This document shows positions 10,148 through 19,540 of a stretch of 64,000 bases of DNA, piece by piece. The DNA is from an uncultured delta proteobacterium (GTDB lineage: Bacteria; Desulfobacterota; RBG-13-43-22). The DNA is taken from NCBI GenBank assembly GCA_963711835.1, contig CAVQFQ010000005.1, positions 96,001-160,000 on the forward strand, written 5' to 3'. Numbering within the stretch: the first letter of the stretch is position 1; each line of letters opens with the position of its first letter. Under the pieces are notes generated by a model. The model was given only the letters and a program-made list of their open reading frames with translations, searched no databases and was not told the DNA's origin. The position numbers were made by a program, and so were the translations under genes.

Positions 10148-10621
10148 ATGAAACATCTTTCAATCCTTTTTATGGTTTTTTTCCTGGGCCCCTTTTGGAA
10201 CCCAGCCTCCGCCACGAACGTGAACCCTCCGGCGGCCGGCCCGCAAAAACCGGAGACGGCAGTGGAAGAACCCAAATTCAAATCCGGAACGATTCAGAAA
10301 AAAGATAATGCCGAATCTCCCAAGGAAGAAATCAAAGAAGGCGGAAAGGCCGTCGGCCAGGGGGTAAAAGGGATCGGAAAAGGAATCGGTAAAGGGGTTA
10401 CGAATACCGGGAAAGGCGTTAAAAAAGCCTGGACCGGTGAGGAACAGAAAAAATCCGATTCCTCCCCCAAAGAAGATATCAAGGAAGGGGGAAAATCGGT
10501 CGGTCACGGTGTGAAGGATATTGGAAAGGGCATCGGCCAGGGTTTTAAAAATATGGGTAAGGGTGTCAAAAAAGCCTGGACCGGCGATAAAAAAGAAGGG
10601 TCTCCCCCGAAAAAGGAATGA
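10148..10621 (+). CDS. Secreted Gly/Lys-rich protein with two 49-aa tandem repeats
   Basis: RBS AGGAG, signal peptide MKHLSILFMVFFLGPFWNPASA, and the unit SPKE[ED]IKEGGK.VG.GVK.IGKGIG.G..N.GKGVKKAWTG twice at a 147 bp period. Confidence 0.75.
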   Translation: MKHLSILFMVFFLGPFWNPASATNVNPPAAGPQKPETAVEEPKFKSGTIQKKDNAESPKEEIKEGGKAVGQGVKGIGKGIGKGVTNTGKGVKKAWTGEEQKKSDSSPKEDIKEGGKSVGHGVKDIGKGIGQGFKNMGKGVKKAWTGDKKEGSPPKKE

Positions 10622-10716
10622 GGTCTGCCGTGTCCCGACTGCGTCAACTTTTTATGCTTCTGCTGGTATTGCTGCTGGCTTATCTTATCGGCCGGGGTTG
10701 CAGTACGCAACCCTGA
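10618..10716 (+). CDS. Putative small membrane protein (32 aa, or ~58 aa if one base is an insertion error)
   Basis: MRSAVSRLRQLFMLLLVLLLAYLIGRGCSTQP. ATGA overlap with the upstream stop codon. Confidence 0.4.
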   Translation: MRSAVSRLRQLFMLLLVLLLAYLIGRGCSTQP

Positions 10717-10795
10717 CCGACTGCTATCCGGGCGGCCAGGGACTGGCCCCCAGGTCAACTGCTGGAACCGGCATCCCAGACAAGGGAAAGAATAA

Positions 10796-11890
10796 ATGAG
10801 CTCGCCTTATCTTAGGAAAAAAGGGGACCAGGTAAGTCCCTTTTCCAATTACTTCTTCCTGGCTTTTCTGGCCGGGGTCCTTTATGTTTTTTATCTGGTG
10901 ATTCGTCCCTTCCTTAAAGATATTTTTATTGCCATTATGATCGCCATGGTTTTTTACCCGGTTTACCATGTGCTGCAAAAATGGCTTTGGGGAAGGCGGA
11001 TTCCGGCCGCCCTGGCGACCGTCTTGCTCATCGTCGTTGTTTTTCTGGTCCCCTTTACCCTTATCTCGGGCATTGTCGCCGGTCAGTCCCTGGATCTCTA
11101 TAAAACCATCTCAGAAGGTCTTCAGGACGGCAGCCTGAAAAAGACCTTGAATGTAAAAATGATTTACTTTTCCAACCTTCTGGAAAATTGGAATATTGAT
11201 GCCGGCAGTCTCCAACTGGATGAAAAACTGTGGACCGGCCTGAAAAACCTGACGGAATTTATATATATCCAGATGACCTCTCTGGCCAAGGGGGTTCTGG
11301 GGATTCTTTTCGATTTCATCATTATCTTGTTTATCAGCTTCTTCCTCTTAATCGACGGGGAAAAATTTCTCCGGGAAATAAAGATCGTCAGCCCGCTTGA
11401 AAAACACCATCACGAGCGGATCTTAGATCAGGCCGGACGGACCATCAAGGCCACCTTAAAAGGCTCCATTATTGTCGCCTTTGTCCAGGGCCTCCTGGGA
11501 GGCATCGGTTTCTGGATCTTCCAAATCCCATCGGCCGCTTTTTGGGGGTCCCTGATGGTCTTCAGTTCGGTCATCCCCCTGGTGGGCACCAGCATTATCT
11601 GGGTCCCGGCGGTTCTTTACCTGGCCTTCACCTCTTCATTCTGGATGGCTCTGGGGATGGCCTTATGGGGGATGTTGATCGTAGCCGGGGCCGATAATGT
11701 CTTGCGCCCTCTTTTGTTGCGCGGGGAGGCCAATCTTCATCCGTTGTTTACTTTTTTAAGTATCCTGGGCGGGCTCAGCTATTTTGGATTTCTGGGTTTT
11801 ATTTTAGGCCCGGTGGTTCTTTCTTTTCTGATGACCCTCTTTGAGATCTATAAACGGGATTTTTTGTCCGAATCGGTCAAGCCTGATTAA
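10796..11890 (+). CDS. AI-2E family transporter
   Basis: Multi-TM protein with FFLLIDG, QGLLGGIGF, IPLVGTSIIWVP, DNVLRP and GFILGP. Confidence 0.92.
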   Translation: MSSPYLRKKGDQVSPFSNYFFLAFLAGVLYVFYLVIRPFLKDIFIAIMIAMVFYPVYHVLQKWLWGRRIPAALATVLLIVVVFLVPFTLISGIVAGQSLDLYKTISEGLQDGSLKKTLNVKMIYFSNLLENWNIDAGSLQLDEKLWTGLKNLTEFIYIQMTSLAKGVLGILFDFIIILFISFFLLIDGEKFLREIKIVSPLEKHHHERILDQAGRTIKATLKGSIIVAFVQGLLGGIGFWIFQIPSAAFWGSLMVFSSVIPLVGTSIIWVPAVLYLAFTSSFWMALGMALWGMLIVAGADNVLRPLLLRGEANLHPLFTFLSILGGLSYFGFLGFILGPVVLSFLMTLFEIYKRDFLSESVKPD

Positions 11891-12106
11891 CAGGATGCGG
11901 GAAAACTCATTTTTTACAGGTTGCTCAAAAAGGTCCAGATACAAGGCGCCCGAAACTGGGTCCCGCCCCGAAGGGGTGGGAGTGAGCGTTGCCGTGGACG
12001 CGAACAAATTCATTGGAATGAGGCGTACATAGAGGTACGTCGCAATGACGAGGGATGAGGGCAATCACGCGAAGCGCGTGATAGATGGGCCTTTTTCAGC
12101 AACCTG
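11891..12106. mobile_element. Non-autonomous MITE with terminal inverted repeats and TTAA flanks
   Basis: Inner IR ACAGGTTGCTCAAAAAGGTCCA matches the right end at 20/22. A second outer left end reads CAGGATGCGGGAAAA. TTAA at 11887-11890 and 12107-12110. Confidence 0.8.
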
Positions 12107-12132
12107 TTAATTTATTGAAGGGAGCAAGACCT

Positions 12133-12969
12133 ATGGAAAGAAAAATACCGATAGGCTTTATCGGGGGAGGCCACATGGCCGAAGCCCTGATTCAGGGACT
12201 TTTAACCAGCAGAACGATTGCACCGGGCGAATGCTGGGTATGCGACATACTCGAAGAACGTCTCATTCATCTCAAGAAAAAATTTGGCATTAAAGCCATA
12301 AAGGAAGCCTCGCAGCTCCTGGTTTCCTCCAAGGCCATTATCCTGGCCGTGAAACCCCAGAACGTGGCCAAGGCCCTCCAGGCCCTGGCCCCCCACTGGT
12401 CACAGGATAGACTGCTCATTTCCATTGCGGCCGGGATCCCCATGAGTTACCTGGCCCAATTTTTTATGAAAACCCCGCGCCTTATCCGGGTCATGCCCAA
12501 TACCCCGGCCCTGGTTTTGGCCGGTATGAGCGCCCTGGCTAAGAATTCTGCGGCCAAGGAGGAGGATCTGGAGTTGGCGGAAAGGCTGTTCAAGGCCGTG
12601 GGAGAGACAGTGCGTGTGGATGAAGGCCAGATGGATGCTGTTACCGGCCTTTCGGGAAGCGGGCCGGCCTACGTCTTTACCTTTCTGGAGGGACTGGCCG
12701 ATGCCGGCGTCAAAATGGGCCTGCCCAGGGCCCTGGCCCTGAAACTGGCCCTTCAAACCGTCTGGGGCTCGGCGCAGATGGCCCGCTCCCTGGATATCAG
12801 GCTGGGTCAGTTGAAGGAAATGGTGACTTCCCCGGGAGGGACCACCATTGCCGGTCTCCATACCCTGGAAAAGGCAGGTTTCCGAGGCATTCTGATGGAT
12901 GCCGTGGAAGCTGCCACCCAGCGTTCCAGGGAATTACGGGAGCTGCTTGTTAAAGAAACCCGGTCCTGA
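12133..12969 (+). CDS. proC: Pyrroline-5-carboxylate reductase
   Basis: GFIGGGHMA, LAVKPQ, RVMPNTP, TGLSGSGPAY and VTSPGGTT. Confidence 0.97.
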   Translation: MERKIPIGFIGGGHMAEALIQGLLTSRTIAPGECWVCDILEERLIHLKKKFGIKAIKEASQLLVSSKAIILAVKPQNVAKALQALAPHWSQDRLLISIAAGIPMSYLAQFFMKTPRLIRVMPNTPALVLAGMSALAKNSAAKEEDLELAERLFKAVGETVRVDEGQMDAVTGLSGSGPAYVFTFLEGLADAGVKMGLPRALALKLALQTVWGSAQMARSLDIRLGQLKEMVTSPGGTTIAGLHTLEKAGFRGILMDAVEAATQRSRELRELLVKETRS

Positions 12970-13076
12970 AAAAAAGCGAAAAACACAAATGAATTAGATT
13001 GCTGTTTTCTCTGGCGAGTATCATCTTGCTTGTTTCTTTTAATACATATTTTTAACAGAGAGAACAGGAGGCGGAT

Positions 13077-15653
13077 TTGCTAAAAATCATATCCCGTTTT
13101 TTGGCCATTCTATTCGTCATCTTTTTTTAGTCAATAATGCCAACTCTCAATGTCTTTCTTACATTAGGGCCGATTTTCTTAATCCTGAAGGCGTCGAAAT
13201 AGGGAGTATAAGCCCCCTTTGGGTGGTTTACGGGAATAACGTAATTGTCCCGACCCAAACCGGTTTTACTAATTGGATCTTTCAGGCAGCCGCAGCCGAC
13301 ATTAACTATCCCCAAGTTTATCTTGCCTTTGGTTATGAAACCTCCCCGGACAAAACAATTCTATCTCCCCCTTTAATTAACACCTCTCCTCCGCATTTGT
13401 TCTATGCTGAAAAAGCAAATTCCTTACCCATCACTAATATTGGGTGGTTCTTAACGGTTTTTGCATCAATAAATTTAAATACTTCTGTTCAAAATCCTGG
13501 TCCTGTGTCTGATCAAAAAACCTTCAATAGTAATTTAAAATTCATAAAGTTTTCCTCAGTCCCCTTTGGGGTTGATAATGATGGATTGATCCTTAATAAT
13601 CCCCCGGTCGCCCATTTTACCTTTTCACCTCAGATAATTGTCCCTTTTGATAATATTACCTTTGACGGGTCGTATTCCTATGATACCGACGGAACAATCG
13701 TTAAATACATTTGGGATTTCGGAGACGGGACAGTTATTGAAGGAACCGGACCGACTATAACCCACCAATATACCCAAACTGGGGCTTATCCGGTTAAGCT
13801 GACCGTAGTTGATGATAAAGGGGCAGTCGGGATCTATGTTATCTCCTCTTCACTTGTGGATATCTCATTTCGTGATAAAGAAAGGCCCTATACAGATGTG
13901 GTCGGAGCTGTTGGAGACTGGGGCCGCTGAAGTAATAATTCAAATTAACAGAGTCCCTTCGGGTACCAATATCAACGATATACTAATAACCCTTGATCCA
14001 TCAGATGGTACCTTGGAAGGTTCTCCGACCCTTGCGGGTGGGGTTTATAAAAGGACATATAAAGCCCCTCTTAATTATGTTCGAAATGGCAATTCCGATG
14101 ATCTCACCCAAGGTCAGCGGGAAATCACCAGCCTCCAGGTTACGATCAATGGCAAGGAAATTCCTCATCCCACTTTTACTTTAAAAAAGCCGCCAGTTGT
14201 CCTTTTACATGGGATTTGGGACTACCCCTCAACTTGGAGAATACTTGAATCCAGATTAAGATCTAATTACGGATATGAAGATATCATAAATATAGGATAT
14301 TTCAATTCAGCCTCCTTTTCACAGATAAGCGCTGAAGTTCAAAAAAGAATTATAAATGCTATTGTACAGATCAATAAAAAGAACTTTGCCTGCAAAAAAG
14401 CTGATATTGTCGGACATAGCATGGGGGGATTGATCGCCAAATTGCTAAACAATGAAAAGAATATCAGGTCTATTGTTACGGTTGGGACTCCACATTACGG
14501 GAGTCCGCTTGCGGATTTTCTCTGGGGTTTGGTTGATGATGCTGAAAATGACGGAAATGAAAAACTCATCGCAGATATTCTTTCAAATATTGGCCATTCG
14601 GCTACAGATGGAGCGATAAAAGATTTAAGAGTTACCGGTGGGCAACATTGTTCCTATAATCCATGTTTAAATCAGGTTCCCCATCTCGCCCTTGCTGGGA
14701 TCTCAAATCCATTAGATCCTTTTTATTTTGCTTTTCGCCAAGCTTTGTTATTTATTGCCAAAATACGTGGATTTCTAAATTGGTCTGACGACTACTCGAA
14801 ATTAAATGAACTGCTTTTTGATGAACCCAATGACTGGATAGTTTCAATAACCAGCCAATACGGAGATTCTGGGAACAGGAAAGACGAGATGGTTGAGTGG
14901 CATATTAAAGAGCCCCAGAATAGTCTGATAATTTCCGACATTATTAATTTTTTGCACGGGAAACCGCTTTCGTCCGAAAATTTATTGAATAAGTTTAATA
15001 ATTCTTTTTATAAGTTTTCACATAGAGGAAAACCTTCTCTCCCATCAAAAAGAATATCTAATCCAGAAGATTTCCAAATCACCACTCCAATGGAAGGACA
15101 ATTGTTTTCCCCTGGCGATACGGTAACTGTCTCCTTTAGCATAAATTCATTAAATCCCAAGGTGTTAATTGGGGCCTCAACAGGGGAAACTGGATTATTA
15201 AATTCTGTTCCTTATACTTTTTCTTTTCAGGTCAAAAATGATGCCATTGGTCCTCTTGCAATAATTGCGGGGGCTGAAGATAATCAGGGGTTTATTGGGG
15301 AAGCAAAAGTCACCATAAATATTCAAACCACAGCCACTTTGAATGATTTAATTATTTATCCCAACTCAAATCCCTTATATCTCTTAAGCGACATGGAAAT
15401 TCCGTTAGAGGTTTTCGGGCTTTATAGTGATTCGATTGAACGCAATATAACTTCTCCCAACCTTGGGACCCAATATAATTCTTCGGATCCAAACATTGTT
15501 GAGATATCCCCTGAGGGGAAATTAAAAACCAAATCAATTGGAGAAGCCCTCATAACCGTTAGCAGTTCAGGAGTTGCCAAAGAGTTTCAAGTCATAGTAA
15601 TAAACGAGTTTTCTCCAAATAAATTATATTTGCCGCTTATTCTTAGGAATTGA
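13077..15653 (+). CDS. Secreted multidomain protein: signal peptide, PKD domain, alpha/beta hydrolase (lipase-like), Ig-like domains; two frameshifts (~13125, ~13920)
   Basis: RBS AGGAGG plus TTG 13077. PKD motif FDGSYSYDTDGTIVKYIWDFGDG. Hydrolase motifs LLHGIW, GHSMGG, GTPHYGS and NDWIV. Big_2-like YNSSDPNIVEISPEG. Visibly AT-rich relative to the flanking genes. Confidence 0.8.
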
Positions 15654-15668
15654 TATTTTGTTGGACAT

Positions 15669-15753
15669 TAGGGGTACTAACTGGTTAAATTCGGGTTTTA
15701 CTATTTGATCATTTGGATTTGTTTCGAATTTCGAAATTCGGATTTCGAGTTTT
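15669..15753. repeat. Heptamer-type (TTTCGAA/ATTCGGA) intergenic repeat
   Basis: TTTGATCATTTGGATTTGTTTCGAATTTCGAAATTCGGATTTCGAGTTT. Inverted homologue at 60669-60770. Confidence 0.7.
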
Positions 15754-15759
15754 GTTCAT

Positions 15760-18417
15760 TTAAGCCATCATCTCCCTGATCTTCCGGGCCTGATTCGATA
15801 GCTTTTCCATCTTCTTCCCCAAGACAGCTATCTTGTCTTTTTCTTTGGCCACAATCTCCGCAGGGGCCTTCCGTAAGAAATCTTCGTTGGCCAGTTTTTT
15901 CTCCGATTGAGAGGACTCCTTTTGAAGCTTGGCCAGCTCCTTTTCCAAACGCTCCAATTCCTCATCAAATTGAATAATACCTTTTAAGGGCAGGAAGACC
16001 TCGTGGGCCTCGAATACTCCGGCAACCGCATTGGCAGGATTTTGGGCATCCGGCAGGTAATGGATGGCCGACGCTTTGGCCAGGATTAAAATAGGCTCCC
16101 GGTGTTCCTCGATCAAGTCCCTGACCGCAGGTTCGGCAATTCGAAGAAAAATTTCGACTTCCTTGGAGGGCGGAATATTCATTTCTCCCCGCAGATTTCG
16201 GACCTCGGAAATCAATCCTTGAACGGTGGCCATTTCTTTTTCAGCCCCTGGATCTTGGGAAAAGGCGGCTGCCTCAGGAAAGGCTTCCAGCAGGATGCTT
16301 TCCCGGGTATGGGGCAGGGATCGATGAATCTTTTCAGTCACGAAGGGTATGAAAGGGTGGGCTAGCTTTAATATGGCCGACAGGGTGCGGTAGAGCGAGA
16401 CCTGGGTTTCCTCTTTCAGGGACCCGTCCTCCGAACTATACAGAATGGGCTTAATCAGCTCCAGATACCAGTCGCAGAATTCATGCCAGACGAAGTGATA
16501 CAGCTCGTGGGCGGCTTCATTAAAACGGTATTCCCGAAGGCCCTGTTCCACGGCCAGAATAACCCGACCCAGACGGCTCAGCATCCAGCGATTAAGACGG
16601 TTTTCAACTCGGCCGGGCTCCCGGCCGAGATCCGCCGCTCCTTCAAAATGGGACAGGCTGAACCGGGCGGCATTCCAGATCTTGTTGACAAAATGACGAT
16701 AGCCCTCGATCCGCTCCTCGGAGAGCTTGACATCCCGGCCCTGGGCGGCCAGCGCAGCCAGGGTGAAACGGAAGGCATCGGTGCCGTAGCGGTCCATAAC
16801 GATCAGGGGATCTATGACGTTGCCTTTGGACTTGCTCATTTTCTGTCCTTCGGCATCACGGACCAGGGCGTGGATATAGACCTGGCGAAAAGGCACCCTG
16901 CCCATAAAATGAAGGCCCATCATCATCATCCGGGCCACCCAGAAAAAGAGTATGTCAAAACCGGTCACCAGGACCGAGGTCGGATAATAGAAGCTTAAGG
17001 ATTCGGTTTCCTCCGGCCAGCCCAGGGTAGAAAAAGGCCAGAGGGCGGAACTGAACCAGGTGTCCAGGACATCGGTTTCCCGGCGCAGATCAGCCGAACC
17101 GCACTTGGGGCAGGAGGCCGGGGTATGGAGCGAAACGACCACCTCGGCGCAGGCCTCGCAATACCAGGCCGGGATCTGATGACCCCACCAGATCTGGCGG
17201 GAGATGCACCAATCCCGGATCTGGGTCATCCATTCGTAGTAGGTCTTTTCCCAGTTTTTGGGAAAAATTTCGGTTTCCCCGTCCTGGACCGCCTTCAGGG
17301 CTTTTTCAGCTAAAGGCCCTACTTTGACGAACCATTGTTTGGAGAGGAAGGGTTCGATCATGGTCTTACAGCGGTAACAATGTCCGATATTGAGTTGATA
17401 GGGCTCGGTCTTTTCCAGGAGTTCCTCACGGGTCAGGTCCTCGAGCACCTGCCGTCGGCAGGCCATCCGGTCCAAACCCTGATAAGGGCCGGCCTCCTGA
17501 TTCATGCGGGCCTCGGAATCCATGACCTTGACGATCGCCAGGCCGTGACGGCGGCCGATTTCAAAGTCGTTTACATCATGGGCCGGCGTTATCTTGAGTG
17601 CCCCGGTTCCGAAGGCGATATCCACATAGGAATCAAAAATAATCGGGATTTTTCGCCGGGTCAGGGGCAGGTGAACCTCCTGACCGGCCAGGTGCCGGTA
17701 GCGCGCATCTTCCGGGTTGACGGCCACCGCGGTGTCTCCCAGCATGGTTTCAGGACGGGTGGTGGCCACCAGGACATAACCCGAACCCTGAACCAGGGGA
17801 TAGCGGATAAAATAGAGCTTCCCATCATGGGTATCATGTTCGACTTCCAGATCGGAGAGGGCGGTATGACAGCGCGGGCACCAGTTAATGATATAGTCCC
17901 CCCGGTAAATCAATCCTTCCTGATAGAGCCGGACAAAGACTTCCCGGACGGCCCGGGATAAACCCTCGTCCATAGTGAACCGTTCCCGGCTCCAGTCACA
18001 GGAGGCCCCCAGCCGCTTAAGCTGGTTGATGATCATCCCGCCGTATTTGGAGCGCCATTCCCAGACCTTTTCTATAAATTTTTCACGGCCCAGTTGATGG
18101 CGGTCCAGACCTTCCTGGGCCAGCATCCTTTCCACTACGTTCTGAGTGGCGATTCCGGCATGGTCCGTTCCGGGAAGCCAAAGGGCATTATGCCCCTTCA
18201 TTTTGTGATAACGCCAAAGGATATCCTGGAGGGTGGTATTCAGGGCATGGCCCATGTGCAGGGTCCCGGTTACATTGGGGGGCGGAATGACCATAGCAAA
18301 AGGAATCCCTTTGGCGGCCGGTTGGGCTTGAAAGAGATTTTGTTCTTCCCAAAAACCCAGCAACTCCTCTTCCACCTGCCGGGGTTCGTATCCCTTGGGT
18401 AATGGTGTTTCTTTCAT
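15760..18417 (-). CDS. valS: Valyl-tRNA synthetase
   Basis: PPPNVTGTLHMGHA, DWCISRQIWWGH, KMSKS and the C-terminal coiled coil. Confidence 0.99.
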   Translation of the reverse strand: MKETPLPKGYEPRQVEEELLGFWEEQNLFQAQPAAKGIPFAMVIPPPNVTGTLHMGHALNTTLQDILWRYHKMKGHNALWLPGTDHAGIATQNVVERMLAQEGLDRHQLGREKFIEKVWEWRSKYGGMIINQLKRLGASCDWSRERFTMDEGLSRAVREVFVRLYQEGLIYRGDYIINWCPRCHTALSDLEVEHDTHDGKLYFIRYPLVQGSGYVLVATTRPETMLGDTAVAVNPEDARYRHLAGQEVHLPLTRRKIPIIFDSYVDIAFGTGALKITPAHDVNDFEIGRRHGLAIVKVMDSEARMNQEAGPYQGLDRMACRRQVLEDLTREELLEKTEPYQLNIGHCYRCKTMIEPFLSKQWFVKVGPLAEKALKAVQDGETEIFPKNWEKTYYEWMTQIRDWCISRQIWWGHQIPAWYCEACAEVVVSLHTPASCPKCGSADLRRETDVLDTWFSSALWPFSTLGWPEETESLSFYYPTSVLVTGFDILFFWVARMMMMGLHFMGRVPFRQVYIHALVRDAEGQKMSKSKGNVIDPLIVMDRYGTDAFRFTLAALAAQGRDVKLSEERIEGYRHFVNKIWNAARFSLSHFEGAADLGREPGRVENRLNRWMLSRLGRVILAVEQGLREYRFNEAAHELYHFVWHEFCDWYLELIKPILYSSEDGSLKEETQVSLYRTLSAILKLAHPFIPFVTEKIHRSLPHTRESILLEAFPEAAAFSQDPGAEKEMATVQGLISEVRNLRGEMNIPPSKEVEIFLRIAEPAVRDLIEEHREPILILAKASAIHYLPDAQNPANAVAGVFEAHEVFLPLKGIIQFDEELERLEKELAKLQKESSQSEKKLANEDFLRKAPAEIVAKEKDKIAVLGKKMEKLSNQARKIREMMA

Positions 18418-18487
18418 CGTTCTTACTCCGAAATAAACTGCGTCCAAGTCGTCTTAGGAACCGGGCCGTCGATCAGGATCATCCTAT

Positions 18488-18521
18488 AAAAAAAGGGGAT
18501 TAAACACCTTAACCCCCTTTT
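18488..18521. terminator. Terminator-like hairpin between the small gene and valS
   Basis: Minus strand AAAAGGGGGTTAA-GGTGT-TTAATCCCCTTTTTTT. Confidence 0.55.
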
Positions 18522-18540
18522 AAACTTAATAGGCCGGGAA

Positions 18541-18825
18541 TTAATTTCCGGTTCCCTTAAGGGCCTCGATCTCCCGTTGGAGGGCCTTTTCAACTTCGTC
18601 TATCAGTATCTCTCTGATCTGCCCCTTGATTTCTTCCTGGGCGCTGGAACGGATGATCCGTTCCACTTCCTTTCTGACCCATACTTCCAATTTCTTTTCC
18701 ATCTCAGGGGTCAAGCCTAAGACATTGGGATACTCGGCCTGCGCCGAAGATTCCGTCGTTACAGGATTCTCCGGCTCGGCGACCACATCCACTAAATCAA
18801 TTATTTTTGCAGCTGTTTCTTCCAT
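18541..18825 (-). CDS. Small acidic helical protein upstream of valS (PopZ-like organisation, tentative)
   Basis: IIDLVDVV N-terminal motif, acidic/Pro linker and amphipathic C-terminal helices ending EKALQREIEALK. Confidence 0.65.
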   Translation of the reverse strand: MEETAAKIIDLVDVVAEPENPVTTESSAQAEYPNVLGLTPEMEKKLEVWVRKEVERIIRSSAQEEIKGQIREILIDEVEKALQREIEALKGTGN

Positions 18826-18964
18826 GGAGGCCCTCCACCCGGGAACTCCCGGATCCGTCCGTCTTTTTAGATGACTTCAGGAGGATCATATAGTATGTTT
18901 CCCCTGACATGTCAATATCTATTGGATTCCAAAGCACTAAGCGGATTCCGGGCCACAACCTGCC

Positions 18965-19540
18965 ATGGACCTCCTGAGCCTCGACACCAGGTTGTTTTAT
19001 TGGATTAACCAGGGGCATCGCAACGCCCTCTTTGACTGGATCATGCCTTGGGTTACCGAATTTGACCACTGGAAATGGTTCCTATTATCGGCCTGGATTA
19101 TTCTTTTTTTCCTGGGAGACCGGAAGGTAAAAATCAGATTAGGCGTATTGGTTCTTCTAGTGGGGGTTCTGGACTATTCCAATAGTTTTTTCTTTAAACA
19201 CCTTTTCGCCCGCCCCCGGCCCTGTAATTTCCTGACCGGAGTTCATAGCTTCTGGCCCTGCCCCCGCTCCTTTTCCTTCCCCTCCAATCATGCCGCCAAT
19301 ATCTTTGGGGCGGCCTTTTTTCTCGGCTATCTCTACCGGCCTTGGTCCCCACCCTTGCTTTTTACAGCAGCCCTGGTAGGTTATTCCCGGGTTTATGTGG
19401 GGGAGCATTATCCTTTTGATGTCCTGGCCGGAGCCGTACTGGGGGCCATAGGGGCCGGTGCCGCACTGGTCGTTTATATCTGGATGGGGACTTTCCTTAA
19501 GAAAAACCGTAAGGGAAAAATTCTAAACAAAGAACCTTGA
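18965..19540 (+). CDS. PAP2 family phosphatase (undecaprenyl-diphosphatase-like)
   Basis: K...ARPRP, SFPSNHA and SRVYVGEHYPFDVLAG. Confidence 0.95.
   Translation: MDLLSLDTRLFYWINQGHRNALFDWIMPWVTEFDHWKWFLLSAWIILFFLGDRKVKIRLGVLVLLVGVLDYSNSFFFKHLFARPRPCNFLTGVHSFWPCPRSFSFPSNHAANIFGAAFFLGYLYRPWSPPLLFTAALVGYSRVYVGEHYPFDVLAGAVLGAIGAGAALVVYIWMGTFLKKNRKGKILNKEP

Noticed and set aside
10725-10795. GGGACTGGCCC resembling a SAM-I riboswitch
   Set aside because: No ATC.AGAG P1, GCAACC or GTGC elements, and not upstream of sulfur-metabolism genes.
18420-18540. T-box leader for valS
   Set aside because: The gap is too short and has no T-box consensus; only a terminator-like hairpin is present.
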